DNA of 64,000 nt, taken from the NCBI GenBank assembly GCA_964016885.1, contig OZ024749.1:53754001-53818000 (forward strand), read 5' to 3'. Both the position numbers and the translations under genes were made by a program. How positions within the stretch are numbered: position 1 is the first letter of the stretch; each line of letters begins with the position of its first letter. Below, piece by piece: positions 24,945 through 45,939 of this stretch. The stretch is from Eledone cirrhosa. Taxonomy: Eukaryota. The notes under the pieces were generated by a model. That model was not told where the DNA came from, did not search any database, and saw only the letters and a list, made by a program, of their open reading frames with translations.

Positions 24945-27900
24945 CAAGAGATTGATATATAATGATCAAGTGGCTCTTTGATTGTTCAATGAGAGAAGTG
25001 AAGCTAAAAATCCAAGACCTCAGAGTGGTTGCACCTGCCAATATCACACACACATATATATATATGAATAAAAATAACCATATGTATACACATATATATA
25101 AGGTTTTTGTAGTTCTCATTTACCAAATTTCACCAACAAGGAATTGGTCAACTCAATAAGTAGAAGACAATACCCAAGGCGCTGTAGCGTAGGACCGAAC
25201 GTGAAACTCTAAGGGTGTGAATAGAGCCCCTTAACCACACAGCCATGACTGTTTTATAGATACAATAAATATATAAATATTACAAATATATATTTATTTT
25301 TCTTCTAACCTTTGCAAACTGGCGAAGTAAATTAATAAAAGCTCCTTTTCCAAAAGCATTGGTAAGACTCGCGTGGAATGCCATGGTTGGCTGGTCTTCA
25401 GATAAAATAGTCACCCACTTTTGCTATTGAAAGAGAAATACATAACAGTAAAATATTGACATGAATATAACAAAAATAATTTAATTATAAAGACATTGAG
25501 TAATAATCTGAATTTATTCAACTCTTTTGATACGAGACTGTCTGAAACCAATCCTGGTTCTAAGATACAAAAATGTTTTTACAGTAGAACCTCAGTTCAC
25601 AAACTTTGTTCCTAAATGCAGTTCATCATCTGAAATGTTTGTAAACTGAAACTATTCTCCCCATAAAAAATGTTGAGAGAGACTGTGTGATAGATATCAC
25701 CATAGTAACTAACTATACAGCAAGTGACACTTCCCTGCCGATACTCTCAGCTTGTTGCTGGCTTGTGTGTTCGTTACTTGAACCGTCACAATCAGCCATG
25801 TGAAGGGGTAAAGAAAGCCCCCCCCCCCCCACATATTGTGGCCCCAACAATCCTTTCTCCAGCAGACTTTTTTGTTGTGGCCTCGAAATGAAAGAAAGTA
25901 ATACTGTAATCAACTTACTGTAACCCACACTGGAACAAGATCGACTTTGTTCAGAACAAATATCAACTGTTTGTGAGGTTTTTCTTTTTTAAGATACTTT
26001 TCAACTTGATAACACCTTGTTCCAAGAGGGTCCCGAGCATCCAATACTTGGACAAGAACATCTGACGAATCAATGACCTGTTGAGAAAGAGGGAGGGAGA
26101 GAATGAATAAATGAAAGAATAAATAAACACACAAAACAAATATTCCATTTTTAGAATCGTTAAGCAATAGAGATCAACGTATCTGAAAGTCTTATAAGTT
26201 GGGCAAATAAATCCTGAAGATGGAAAAAATGTACATTATTAGCAGTGATGTCTAAAACTCTAAATTAAGTTAGAAAATCACCATACTCACTTTATATAGC
26301 TCATTCCAGATACGTTTTGATTGTCCAGCTTTGAACACCATCTCAATTGCTTCATCACGTACACCATCATAGTCAACCACCAAGTCCCTGTCCTTCTCAG
26401 GGTTGTATTTCTCTTCAGATTCTTCAACAAGTTTACTTAAATCCTGTAGTTAACAAAAAATTAACAAATTTAAACTGAAATTCTACATTTTGACATAATT
26501 TATATAAAATAAGGTTAGGATAGGTTAGAAAATACTGGGTGTCTTTAGCTGTTGTAAGGGTGCCATTCTGATACTGGTGCTACAATAAAATGCATCCAAT
26601 ACACTGTGAAATGATGCCAAAATAAGGACTGTATGAACAGCAAAATGTGGTTATCCGACCATGTCTTGTCTCAGACGATGATAATCAGTCCACCACATGC
26701 CAGCACAGAAAGAAAATGTATGTTAAACGATTATAATGATGTTGATGATGAAATGACTGGAAATAGATTTTTGCAAGAAATATACAAAATGAGAGTTACC
26801 TCTAAACTGTCAACTTTCATTTTTGGTCTTTTGCGCTGAGCTTTCTTTCCAAATGTTAAGGCATAACTCTCAGTGTCCAAAAGATGAGGGCGAGCATACT
26901 GAAATAGAAGAGTTGATATATTAAAACAGTTTACAAAATAAAATGACATATATATGTGTATATATCAGCATCATCATCATTTAACGTCTATCTTCCATGC
27001 TAGCATGGGTTTAGACGGGAATTGTCTCACGTGAGGCAAGATTGGTTGTCTCGCTCGTACAGGACTATCTGCTATATTTTTTCTACGGCTGGATGCCCTT
27101 CCTAACACCAACCACGTTTACAGTGTGGACTGGGAGGTTTTTACCGTGTTACCTACACGGCCACATTACAGCATGGACTGTGTGTTTTTTTGTTGTGACA
27201 CCTACACAACCTCATTTATTTAGGACTGGATGTTGTGGTACCAACATAACTTTACAGAGAAAGGGGTGGTGTAGATGGGGGTAGGGGTAGTGGGATGGGG
27301 GTGTATTTTTGGTTAGGAGGTGCCTACTGACTGTAGGTTTCGCTTTGTACTTAAGGCAAGGCGGGTCTTCTGTATTACTATGTAGCGCCAACGATCTCGG
27401 TCCAGTGACATTGTCTTAGAGAGGTGCAAGTGTGTAAGGTCGGAATTTATCAAATTGTCCCAGGTTTTTCTGGGTCTGCCTACTCCATAGCTTCAATCTA
27501 TTTTGATCGCCCTGCACTTTCTTATACAACTGTCGTCTTTCATGCGCATCACGTGACCATACCAACGTAGTCTTCTCTCGAGTAAACAGCATCCGATCCC
27601 TCTTATACCTAATTTCTCAGTTCATTTATGCTTTGCCGTTCACGTATATTACTATTACACATCCAACGGAGCATGCAAGCTTTGTTCCTCTCCAGTCTGC
27701 GCAGATCCTCTGCACACAATGCCCATGTCTCACTGCCATGTAACATTGCTGTACGTATGCAGGTATCATACAGCCTGCCTTTCATTTTTAGTGAGAACCC
27801 TTTAGCGGCCAATAGTGGTATAAGCTCTCTGAACCTTTTCCATCTCGTTTTGACTCTAGCTACTGTACTTTCAGAGCACCCTCCACCACTGCTGATTTTA

Positions 27901-30900
27901 TCACCCAGGTAACAGAAGGTGTCCACTATTTCTATAGAACCATTTGAGCAATAGAAGGAACTAGTATCCTGTGGGCACTTGTTACTACTTATTGCAGCTG
28001 AGCACCGGACACATAAAATCTATGTTCTTAGTTAGCTTACCTGTGATCCCACTACATCTTTTATGCACCCATACTTTGCATTTGGGACATAAAATGGAGT
28101 TTCTGCCTATCCTTTCCTACACACTGAGCATGGCCATTTCCCTATTTTCCTTCCTATATACTAGAACTTTAGTCTTAGACAAGTCTTAAGGCCTTTTGAT
28201 TCTAGGCCATGCTTCCAAGTTTGGAATTTCTTCTCTAGCTCAGCCATTGATTCAGCTATGAGTGTTAGATCATCTGCATATAGAAGTTCCTATGGGCAGC
28301 CAGTCTTGAACTCCTCTGTTATAGCCTGAAGGGCAATAATAAATAGGAGGGGGCTAAGGACAGAGCCCTGATGAACACCGACTTTTACGCTAAATTCTTC
28401 ACTATATTCGCTGTTAATTCTAACCTTGCTGACTGTTTTTTTATACATGGCTTGTATAGCTCTCATGAGCCATTGATCAACACCTAGTTTTCTAAGAGCC
28501 CACCAGATAATGGAGCGGTGGACTCTGTCAAAGGCTTTCTCCAGGTCAACAAAACCTAAGTATAGATGTTCACTTTTAGCTAGGTACTTCTCCTATAGTT
28601 GTTGTCCAAGGAAAAGAGCATCTGTGGTACTTTTACCTGACACACACCCAAACTGCATTTCATCTACATCAATTTGCTCTCTGATTAGTTGCGCTATAAC
28701 TTTTTCTGTGACCTTCATGACCTGGTCAATTAACTTAATGCCTCTATAGTTTCCTCTATCTAGGGCATCTCTTTTACCCTTGTAGCAGTTAATTATGATG
28801 CTGCTACACCAGTCTTTTGGTATGACCCCATTCTGTATGACTTGGTTTACTATCCAGGTGACCATAGTGTGTCCCACCGATCCAGATGCTTTCAGTATTT
28901 CAGCAACTATCTCCGAAGGCCCAGCTGCTTTGCCTGTCTTCATATCTTTGATTGCCTTACTTATTATAATACCTTCAACTTGCATTGGTGGTCCCTCTAT
29001 TGGATCGATATATAATCATCAGCATCTTATATATATATTGAGTGTATGCAATACAGAGACCAGGAAGACCATAAATCATAGTAGTACTCAATACATGGTT
29101 TGATGCAAAGTGGGTATATTATTGAGGGAGAAGATTGACCACGAGCTCAGTTTCAGCTGGTAAACTTTATATAGATCTTTGGCGCTACACAGTAATAGAG
29201 AAGACCCGCCTTACCTAAGTACAAAGTGAAACCTACTACAGTCAGTAGGCACCTCTAACAAAATACACCCCCGTCCCACTACCCCTTTCAATGTAAAGTT
29301 ATGTTGGTACCACAACATCCAGCCCGAAACAAATGAGGTCGTGTAGGTGTCACGACAAAAAAACACACAGTCCACGCTGTAATGTGGCCGTGTAGGTAAC
29401 ACGGTAAAAACCTCCCAGTCCACACTGTAAACGTTGGTGTTAGGAAGGGCATCCAGCCGTAGAAAACCCGCCAGACAGTCCTATGCGAGCAAGACAACCA
29501 CTCTTGCCTCAAGTGGGAAAACTCCCATGCAAGCGTGGAATATGGACGTTAAACGATGATGATGATGATGATATATATATGCAGTGAACAGGCTACTGGT
29601 CTGTTGGAAATCTAAAACGATGACACTATTGTTTAGAAAATACATGATATAAAGTAAAATAAACTTCAAAGCCTACAACATACTTTGGCAGCTTCATTCA
29701 ATAGAGAAACAGGAAGTTTAGTCTGTTTCATGATCATTTTGTAAGGGTCCTTCTTAACTTTCTCCATCTCCTCTTGAAATCTCTGCAATGCATTCTGGGT
29801 AATTACCCTGGTATTTCCTGTACAGTAAAAATAATGAGGATCAAAATCAAAAGTATTTACATAGAAACATTTTAAAAGGACCCCCCCCCCCCCCCTCATC
29901 TCAAAAGGTTCATCATCATCATTTATCATCCATCTTCCATCATCATCATTTAACGTCCATCTTCTATGCTAGCATGGGTTATCTATAACAAGTATTTCTG
30001 ATTTAGGCACATGGCCAACCATTTTTGGGAGAGGCGAAAGTCGATTAAATCGAACCCAGTGTGGCGTTACTTGTACTTTATTGTATCAACCAAGAAAGGA
30101 TGAAAGGCAAAGTTAACCTTGGAAGGATTTGAACTCAGAGTGTAAAGGGTTGTAACTATATGCTGCAAACCATATTGTCCGACGCTCTACCGATACTGCC
30201 CCCCCCCCCACCATCTATAACCATAAGTGTTTTAAAGCCATTTACACTACAACAGAAGGGGTTAGCCTTGTCTTTTTTGCCACTCAGTTCAGGAATTGAA
30301 CCCACAACATTAAGGTTGTGAGTCTAACCACTAGGCCATATGCCTTCTACCTCCTCCTATATTCATTTCCATCTTTCCTCAATCCAAGACAAATATTTCC
30401 TTCTATTTCTCTTCACACATTCATCATTGGTTCTATTTCTGTCATCCCTTGCAATTTCTGAGTGAGTTCATAACATTCTCATCAGCATTTAACATTTTCC
30501 CTGCCATATATACATATACACACACATATATATATAGCAGGGAAAGCAGCCGTGAAACGATGATGAAAGAAAGAAGAGAATATAAATGGTATATTTACCA
30601 AACCATCTTCTATTTGGTTCAACTCTGGCAACAGTTCCAGACTGTAACCAAGTCTGAAAAGGTGCAGGTCTCAAAATCTTTCCTGAACTGTTCCTGTAAA
30701 AATGAGAAACTGTGATTAGAATGTGTGTTCTTGTGTCATTAACCTTTTCATTACTGTATTTTTAATCAAATATGTTTCAATTAATTTTGAAAATAACCAA
30801 AAATTTGAAGGAATTCAATAAAAAGTTTTTCATAAATAGTAGATTTTAAAAAATATGAATTTAATACATACTACAAATATAGAATTAAAAGACAGTGATT

Positions 30901-31965
30901 TGAGAAAAAGGAATAAAAAAAATATTAAGGAATATATAGTTTTACTAAAAGCAGCAAGAAAATTTTCCTGTTAAATAGTGAATGGACATATTGGAATATG
31001 TAGTCCTAGATACACAGTACAGCTACTCCTTAAGATATGATCTATCGTTGAATTAGTATGTCAAGTATTTCATAGACATCATCATCATTTAACGTTCGCT
31101 TTACCTGCTAGCAAGGGTTCGATGGGTCTACATAGACCAAGTCAGTACTGAAGCAGGGCTACTGACCTCCCAGACAGGTTCTACTTACATACTGTCATAT
31201 CAAGTGCAGAGAAGTTGTCGTGTCTTGACACAAAGGGTCCTTCTAACCCCTTGTTAGGCAAACTTTCTAAGGCATGTATACACTTAATCATCATCGCTTT
31301 TATGTTGGTTTTCCATGCTTGCATGGGTGAACCATTACTTAATGTAATTTTTAAATGATGATATGGCTGCATAGTTGAATTAGAGGTACAGTTCATCTGA
31401 TGGACATTTTATAGTTTCTGGCTACCCAATCTCAACTGCAGGGACCTCATGATTGTGAAGAGAACTTCACATCTAATGTTTAATATACATTGATATTTAT
31501 GCCTGCCTCAGTACTGGTTTAGTCTATGTAGACCTGTCCAACCCTTGCTAGCAGGGAAAGCAGATGTTAAATGATGATGAATGAGAGGGCGAAAGAAAGA
31601 AAATATGAACCAAGTGCTTCATATCTCTAATTTCACAAAACAACACAACAATAACTGTTAATTAAAGTTACCTTTTTGGTTTGTAATTTCTGTACATTTG
31701 CAGCCGTTTAATGGTGCTTTTGTCTCTCATGTTATGTCCACCTTGGGCCTCAGATTTGGGACGGTCTGAAAGAAAGTAAAGAGTAAACAAAACACTAGAC
31801 ATTAATGGTGGACATGAAAATAAGGGATTCTGATTTAGGCACAAGGCCAACAATTTGTAAACTAAATCTTTAATCATGGAAATGACAAACAACTTCGGGT
31901 ATCATTGACAATTGATCTTATTTCTCAAAACACACACACGTATATATGTGTGTATGTATGTATGC

Positions 31966-32008
<43 letters not shown>

Positions 32009-32762
32009 CACACACACGTCTAAATCCATGCTAGCGTGGAAGATAGACGTTAAACGATGATGATGAAGATATGTTTATGTAATTGTTTTGCAATATTCTT
32101 GATGTGAAATCGTGTGTTGAAACTAATATTGTTATATTTGGAGTGGGTCATATGGATTTCACTTCTTTATTACTAATTGTTTGTACTAATGAAGAACTAG
32201 TAATAAAAATAAAATTATAGTATGTGTCTTTTTATTGACAATACTGGCAACATGATCCTCCCCAAATATAACAATATCGGTTTCAACACACGATTTCACA
32301 TAAAGAAATATTGCAAAACAAATATATAAACGTATATATATGTGTCCGTGTGATATTGAACACAAGAATGAGTACTCAATACCGAAGTAGAGTTTAATAT
32401 TGTTTATTATAGCTAATATAGGGCGGTGGTTTGACAGTATCGGTAGAGAGTCGGACATGCTTTCCAGCATAGTTACGGCTCTTTACGGTCTGAGTTCAAA
32501 TCACGCCGAGGTTAACTTTGCCTTTCATCCTTACGGGGTCGATAAAATAAAGTACCAGTAATGTACTGGGTTATTGCTGGCCTTGTGCCAAAAGTAGAAA
32601 CAATTATAGCTAATATTGTTACTTTAAGAGTTTCACATTATATAAGATGATCCTGTGAGTACAGGTGAAACACCAGAGTAACAAGACTCATCACTTAACC
32701 ATAATAAAGAATATTATGTACGTATGGGTATATTTATAGATACCCACCCGTATGTTTGTGTG

Positions 32763-32798
<36 letters not shown>

Positions 32799-32878
32799 GG
32801 GTGTCCTAAAAATGTATGGACACTTTGATTACATGTACAGGAATATTAGAATATTGTATACATTTTGGGGGTACATAC

Positions 32879-32922
<44 letters not shown>

Positions 32923-33292
32923 CATACATACATACATACATACACACACGGGTATCTATCTCTCTCTCTCTATATATATATATATACACACATACGGGTA
33001 TCTATTTATATATATCTACGTATTTCTGTATATATCTATATATATAAATGTATTTATATCTTAAAAACAACTACACAAACAAGATCCATTGTCAACGATA
33101 AGCAACATATCTTATCTGGATGTCAAGCCATGCTGTAGACTTTCATCCACGTTTAAAGTAAAAACAAACACGTGTGTTCACGCTCGCAAAAGTGACGGTC
33201 AATAACTTACCTATATTCATACTATGGCTAGATTTATTGAGTCTTTCGGGTCTCTTGCCCCTTTGGCCTCTGTGTAGTTTAGGTTTGCCCAT
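19619..33292 (-). CDS. GNL2: Nucleolar GTP-binding protein 2 (NOG2), ~15 coding exons; first 33292-33211, last 19717-19619
   Basis: [25 protein letters not shown]|[26 protein letters not shown]|[42 protein letters not shown]-terminal [16 protein letters not shown]. Confidence 0.97.
26968..29000 (-). mobile_element. 5'-truncated, frameshifted RTE-clade LINE (reverse transcriptase) in a GNL2 intron
   Basis: [73 protein letters not shown]; (GAT)n tail at ~26968-26980. Confidence 0.93.
29170..29572 (+). mobile_element. 3' end of the same RTE family, inverted relative to 26968-27400
   Basis: Reverse complement of the 3' UTR at 27000-27400; (GAT)n tail at 29555-29572. Confidence 0.9.
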
Positions 33293-33908
33293 TTTCTTCC
33301 CTTTTCTTTTTTGGTAAATTTGTAGAAGAATCAACAGAAATATCTCAAAGACGAATTTTACTTTCAGAACTTTAGTAATGCAGTGAATTATACAATGTCA
33401 ATAATTGGAAAAAAACTAAATTGATTTATTTTTTAAAGGAGAAAAATATATTATTATAGTAATTGATTTAATTTTCTTATTTATATTTTAGCAGAACTTT
33501 AAGTAATATTTAAAGTTGATAAAAATCAAATATTTGTATATTATTTGCTCCGCAACACTATGATAATAGCCGGTGTTTGTAAACAAGTATCCTGATTTTA
33601 AACACCGAGGGTCAATATATTTTTTGCAATTTTAATGTTAAAAATAACAGAATGCAGCATATGAAAAGATATGTGCTCATAACTAGAATACTTTGGCGTT
33701 ATGATAATTATTGAATTCTTCTAAAAAGAAATTATTGATTTCTAACACAGACAAATATACAGGTTTTGAGGGTGGAGTACAGTCAATGCAACATATGAGT
33801 AAGGAAGTGAGTTACATGTAAATAAATATAATACGTTAAAATAAAGAATGAATTGTTCTATTTTGTTTTTGAAAGAAAATAAAGCATTGTTTTTCCTTTT
33901 TTTTTAAT

Positions 33909-33997
33909 AAACTTTCGCCTGACTAACTCTTCCACCTTGAAAACAAGTTTGATCTAAACTTTCGCCTGACTAACTCTTCTGCGTGGAAAACAAGTTT
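33909..33997. promoter_or_regulatory. 42-bp direct repeat (47-bp period) in the GNL2/CENPW divergent promoter or 5' UTR
   Basis: AAACTTTCGCCTGACTAACTCTTC...GAAAACAAGTTT at 33909-33950 and 33956-33997. Confidence 0.6.
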
Positions 33998-34019
33998 CGT
34001 AGTTAGCGTTATTTTCAAA

Positions 34020-35458
34020 ATGTCGTCCAATGTCACAGCGTATCGTACTGGAAACTGTATTGCTGCGAAAAGGGTTTTGAAAAAATATAAAAAGTATTAT
34101 AAGATTTCTAACGATAATACGATAAATATGGTGAGTAACAGCCTAATTTCTAAATTTGCTTTTAAATGAAATTTTTTTTTCCTAGATTATTTTTGTATTT
34201 TGAACGAACTTTATCTGCAAACCCTTAATGTGGTTTTCAGGCTACATTCAGCATGATATAGTGTGCGACAAGATTGACCCTTTGAATTACAAGTACAATT
34301 TCCCTCCCAGCTGAGTTAACTGAAGCAATGTGAAATAAAATGTCTTGCTTAAGAACAGAAAGTACCACCAGGAATCGAACTCCCAACCTTACGGTCTAAC
34401 ACCTTAACCACTAAGTCACGCCACTGCCCTACTGTATTAAATATAATGATTACAGCAAATAAAAGCTTTCTTCCTCAACTTCTCTGAAGTGATGGTCAGC
34501 AACTGAACTCTTGTAATAACAGGGATTCTCAGCAACCTCCCAACTGTTGGGAAAGTCAATGAAATGCTTTTAGTCTCTCAAATTGTGATATACACCCCAC
34601 TCGATTTCAGTGGGAACAAATTGTTTCCCTAGATTTTTTCTTGTGTGCGCTATCAACTAATCTTTCCAGAGTGTACTGGGTGCATTTATTCGTGCCACCA
34701 GCATTAGAGAGGGTTGTCTTACTGGACTGAGGGGCCCTCTCCACCCCATACTTTAGCATGGTTTTTAATGGCTGAATGCTACTTCCATTTCTTCCAATAT
34801 ATATAGAGAGAGAATGGGATTCATGCACTTTCCATCTCTTTCAAAATATTTAACAAGAAAAGTCTTTCTTTCCTTTATATTTTAGGTGTGGTTATCATAT
34901 TTGGCATTTCTTGAATCATTTGCTAAAGATCTTCGTGAATATTCTGTGAATAACCAGATTAAGAAATTTACTGCTCAGCAGGTATTAAAATTATATGAAG
35001 TAAGTATGTGATATTTTATCACCTTTTTGGAGATGTGTGTGTTCTAGAATGCCAGTGACTTCATCTTTTTAAAGTAGACAGCGTAGACACAAGGTTTTGG
35101 GTTCACTTCCACTGTGTGGCACCTTGGGTGTCTTATACTAGAACCTCAGATTGACCAATGCTTTGTGAGTGTAATTTGACAAACAGAATCTGCTGGAAGT
35201 TGTTATGAGTGTGTCCCATAACTTAGCAGTTTGACAAAAAGAGATTAATAAAATAGACACCAGGCTTGAAAAAAAAAAACACAAATACCAGAGTTGCTAA
35301 AACTTTTTAAAGTGGTGCCCCAGCATGGCTACAGTCTAATGGCTGAAACCAATAAAAGAATGAAGTATAATTTCATTAGAAGTATTTGTATTTCATGACT
35401 AATTTATTATTTTTTAAAATTTCTCTTTCAGGACACCTCAAGTAAATATAATGGTTGA
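34020..35458 (+). CDS. CENPW: Centromere protein W-like histone-fold protein, 83 aa; exons 34020-34130, 34886-34999, 35432-35458
   Basis: MSSNVTAYRTGNCIAAKRVLKKYKKYYKISNDNTINM|VWLSYLAFLESFAKDLREYSVNNQIKKFTAQQVLKLYE|DTSSKYNG*; GTGAGT/GTAAGT donors, phase-0 introns; aligns by eye with human CENP-W (LKRVFK, LLVHLNCLLFVHRLA, INKEHVL, KKSRG). Confidence 0.8.
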
Positions 35459-38250
35459 CTTGGATACCAAGAAATTAGCAAGAAAATATTAGAATTGCAA
35501 TTTAGACTCTGCTTCTGTTCCACAGACATTTCTGGGTACTTCTTGATGCTGTTCTGCCATTGTGGGTTTAGTGCATACTCGTATTTTTTAATTTGTGTGG
35601 AACTGCACACATGGTAGGGGGCTAAAGTTGAAAGGCTTGACATCATCATCATAAAATTATAATAACCCCCTCCCACCCCCATCATGTGTTCGGTTCCCAA
35701 CCCTGGGTGGGGTGGGCGTCCACACAAATATTAACAAAGTAAAAAAAAAGGATATCATTTAAACCAGAAAAAAAAGTTAATAAAATGTAAGATCTTGACA
35801 AAAATCACATCAGTGCCTTCCTGAAGGACTCGGGACTAAAGCAATGATTTAAAACAATTGCTGACTCGTGCAGAGTAAATAAAAGTGCACAACAGAATGG
35901 ATTATCAGGTTGACAGATTGAAAGTGTTAAAACCAACCTTGGTCTAGATGGGAATTTAATGACTACATTTCCTTATATTTTATTTTTTTAAAATTCCACC
36001 TTGCACGCAATATCGTTCATTTACACTCCTGTCAGTTTTCGTTTTTTATATTTTGTTTTTAACACAAAGAAATAACATTTCTCTTTGTGAAAATATGAAA
36101 TAACTTTATTTGCATTTATATTATGTACAGCCATCATTTTTTCTCACCACTCCTACATCAAAGTTAAATTAAGCAGTGGTAAAAAACATCGGATTGTAAA
36201 AAAAAAAAAAAAAAAAAAAATGCATTCTCCAATGGTATGAGGGTTCTTAAGTTTTATTCATTATTTTATTTGTAAAGTAACACAATCCCATCCATGCTAA
36301 ATGAAAATATTAACAAATAGTTTTGTTGTTTAACTAGTTTCTCTTGAAATTCCCAATGGATATTTCCCTTGATCAGACATTAACCCTTCATTATCATATT
36401 TCCAACAAAAGATACTACTTAATTTCTTCGTAAAAGGATCACTTTTACATTTCTAGTTAATTGTTAAGGCGTTTAATTAGGCAGTAGACAGTTGTTCATG
36501 TCACTTTAGTGTAATGGTTATCACACACATCCATCATATGGCAGATGTGTGTTTTGATTCCTGCAGTGTCAATGTCTACCTTTTTTTTTCCATCTCCAAA
36601 GGTAATAGATCTGACTTAGTTGACTATTTTATAGTTAATATGGAAGGTAGCAAATTGGTAGAGCCGTTAGAACGTTGGATAAAATGCTTTGCAGTATTTA
36701 TTTCAAATCCCGCCATGGTCAACTTTGCCTTTCATCCTTTTGAGGTTGATAAAAAAAGTAGCAGTCTAGTAGTAGGGTTGATTCTTCCTCTCTCACTGTC
36801 TATCCTTCTCTTGATGAAATCTACTGTACTCAGGAGAGGAGATGGGTTCTGCCAGGCTTAAAAAAATGCTCATGTTAATATGGCGCCCCTACCACTCAGG
36901 AGTTATGGAACCATACCATACCATGGTTAATATATGAATTGTGGCAGTATTTCATAAATTTCCTCGTATACCTTATTTACAAAACATATTTAAAAGTGTT
37001 TATATTTATCTAAACACCTTCATAATTTTATGTAAGAACCTTAATTTCAGACACCAGTTTATTAAATGAGTTCTAATACTAAAACCCTTCAAATTCTTGA
37101 TTATTTTCAAAATCTAAACACAACAATGTAATTCATAAGAAAGTGTTACATATTGTAAATATAAAATATATATATCAGCTATAACAAATGTTTGAAGATT
37201 TTCTCAGCTAAAGTACGTGTTAGCTTTGTAGGCCTCTTGACATGGGGTCTTTTTTTAGGGCAATGTTTTACAGTTGGAAGCTCTTTTTTGCACCATTCCT
37301 CTTAATAGTCTCTTGTAACAGGTGTATCCATTATAAATTGGATACAGGCTGTCAAAATGTTTATTAAGTTAAAAAAAAATTGTAGTGTGATCATGAATGT
37401 AATATTTTCTTAAATGTATAAATTTTTATTCTAAAGATTTTGTGTGACCCACCTTTGTGCTAAATGGCCAACCTTGTGGCTTACTGTACAAGTGGAGGTT
37501 TTTCTTTTCCCATTTTTCTTTTTTTTTTATTTGAATAATCAATCGGGTAAGAAATTGAAGAACAGGTGTATCAATACAGAAATGGTAGTATAATATTGGT
37601 TATTATACTGCTGTAAAAAATGTACGATTTGCTTGTTCCAACATTAGTCAAATAGAAGAGCAGTTGTGACAATGGAAGGGGGTTGTAAAAGTTATCAAAT
37701 GTAGAGTTTTGAAATATTTTCTCATCACGTACTGGGTAAAGCTGGATTGTCAACTGTTAAAGAGGGAAAAATATAGAAAATAAGTTAAGAAACACTGTTC
37801 TAAAGTAACAGAATGATGGTATAAGGATACAAGAAAAAACAAAACATTATATAAATATAAGTACACCATTATCATCAGAGACCTCAAGAGTCCACGGATG
37901 CCATCTACAATGTCCTCCGCTATTCTGAACGCCCCCCCCCCCCAACCCACCAGGTACTCCTGTCAATCCATGTGCAGATGTCACTCATACAACACCTTGT
38001 TGGCCACACTCGTCCACTGTTGCCTGGCACACAGCCATGTATTACAGTTACTATTTCTGCCACTTGTATTCGGGATTGTATTCTTTCAGTCATTACCCAA
38101 GATTCATGAACATAGGTAAGGGTTGGCACAAATATTGAACTGAAGATAGTGAATTTGGCTTTTACACCTTTTAAATTGTTTTGTTTTTTAAGAGGAATTC
38201 TTACCTTTTTGATGAGGTTCATTAAATTTCCTTCAAATTACTCAAGGTCT

Positions 38251-44795
<6,545 letters not shown>

Positions 44796-45939
44796 GATAA
44801 CTGCCATTAAAGAAAACATAATAATAAAAACAGTAATTTAAAAATGGGGGGGGGGGGGCAATGACCCCAGACGTTGAAAGGCAAAGTTTACCTTGATTGA
44901 ATTTGAATTCAGCACGCAAAGGAACTGGAATAATTACCACAGGATATTTTATCCAGTGTTCTATGAATTTACCACTTTCATAGAAGTTAAATTTAGCACT
45001 ACAAGCTGACAAACATTTTCTCAATTATTATTGTTGGAGTTAGGGCCAGACTTTCACCTGCTGAGGCTTGAAGCTATATGAAATTTGAGGACTGTCTTTA
45101 GTAAAATACAATTATTATTTTTTGTATTTATGTTAATGATAAAGAATAAATTATATATATATATACAAAACTCTGATATATATATATATTAGACAGTGTA
45201 TAGAGAAAAATACACAAAGAAGTATGTGTTCAATTATAGGGGATAGAATACCACCAGAGTAAAAAAACATATTGTCTACGAAAGGGAGCTCAGCCGTCGG
45301 GGTCCTGACTATTTTCCTATTACCCACTCTACTACCCAAAATATCGAGTACTCTGGTGCGTTATGGTCTACCTAGTTGTTTACCACACGTCCTTCGTTAT
45401 ATATATATAATTTTTGATGAAGAATAAAAACTAATAATAAAATGAGACCCCCGAGGATGTGTGACCCTAAACTATAGCTTATACGTAAGTCCAGCATTAG
45501 TTGAGTCTATCAATTAAGAACCAGTCTAAGAGGGTGAACAGGTGGAATCGTTAGTGTCGGACAGTGTACCTTACACAATGTATTCGAGTTCATTGTGTTC
45601 TGAGTTCAAATCCTTCTGGAGCGACCATCACCCCCTTTTAAATCACATCCTTCGACGTATTTGCCTTGAAAGAATGGAGATATTGTAGGTTAAAAGAAGA
45701 CTCTTTTGCCATGCTAGGAATGCACCCAGTACACTCCAGAAAGTGGTTGGGGATCGTACTAAACAATACAGGGTAAATACGCTTCTTTAAGTATTGTTCA
45801 AGACATGACAACCTCAAAAATATTTGACAAAAAAATATAAACCAAAATACCTTCGGTTATTTATTTTCTTTATACCCTGCTCTATTAAATAAATGGTAAA
45901 GTGGTTAAAAGAACAACCAGTGCTCTGTTGATAGTTTGG

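Noticed and set aside
32752-33138. ORFs rich in Y/I/H/T/C/V
   Set aside because: Translations of (TA)n/(CA)n/(TG)n microsatellites
35640-36260. Telomerase RNA (vertebrate TERC neighbours LRRC34; minus strand ends ...CACCCAGG...ACACATG)
   Set aside because: No CTAACCCT-type template, no pseudoknot U/A tracts and no P6.1; more simply CENPW 3' UTR or intergenic DNA with AATAAA signals
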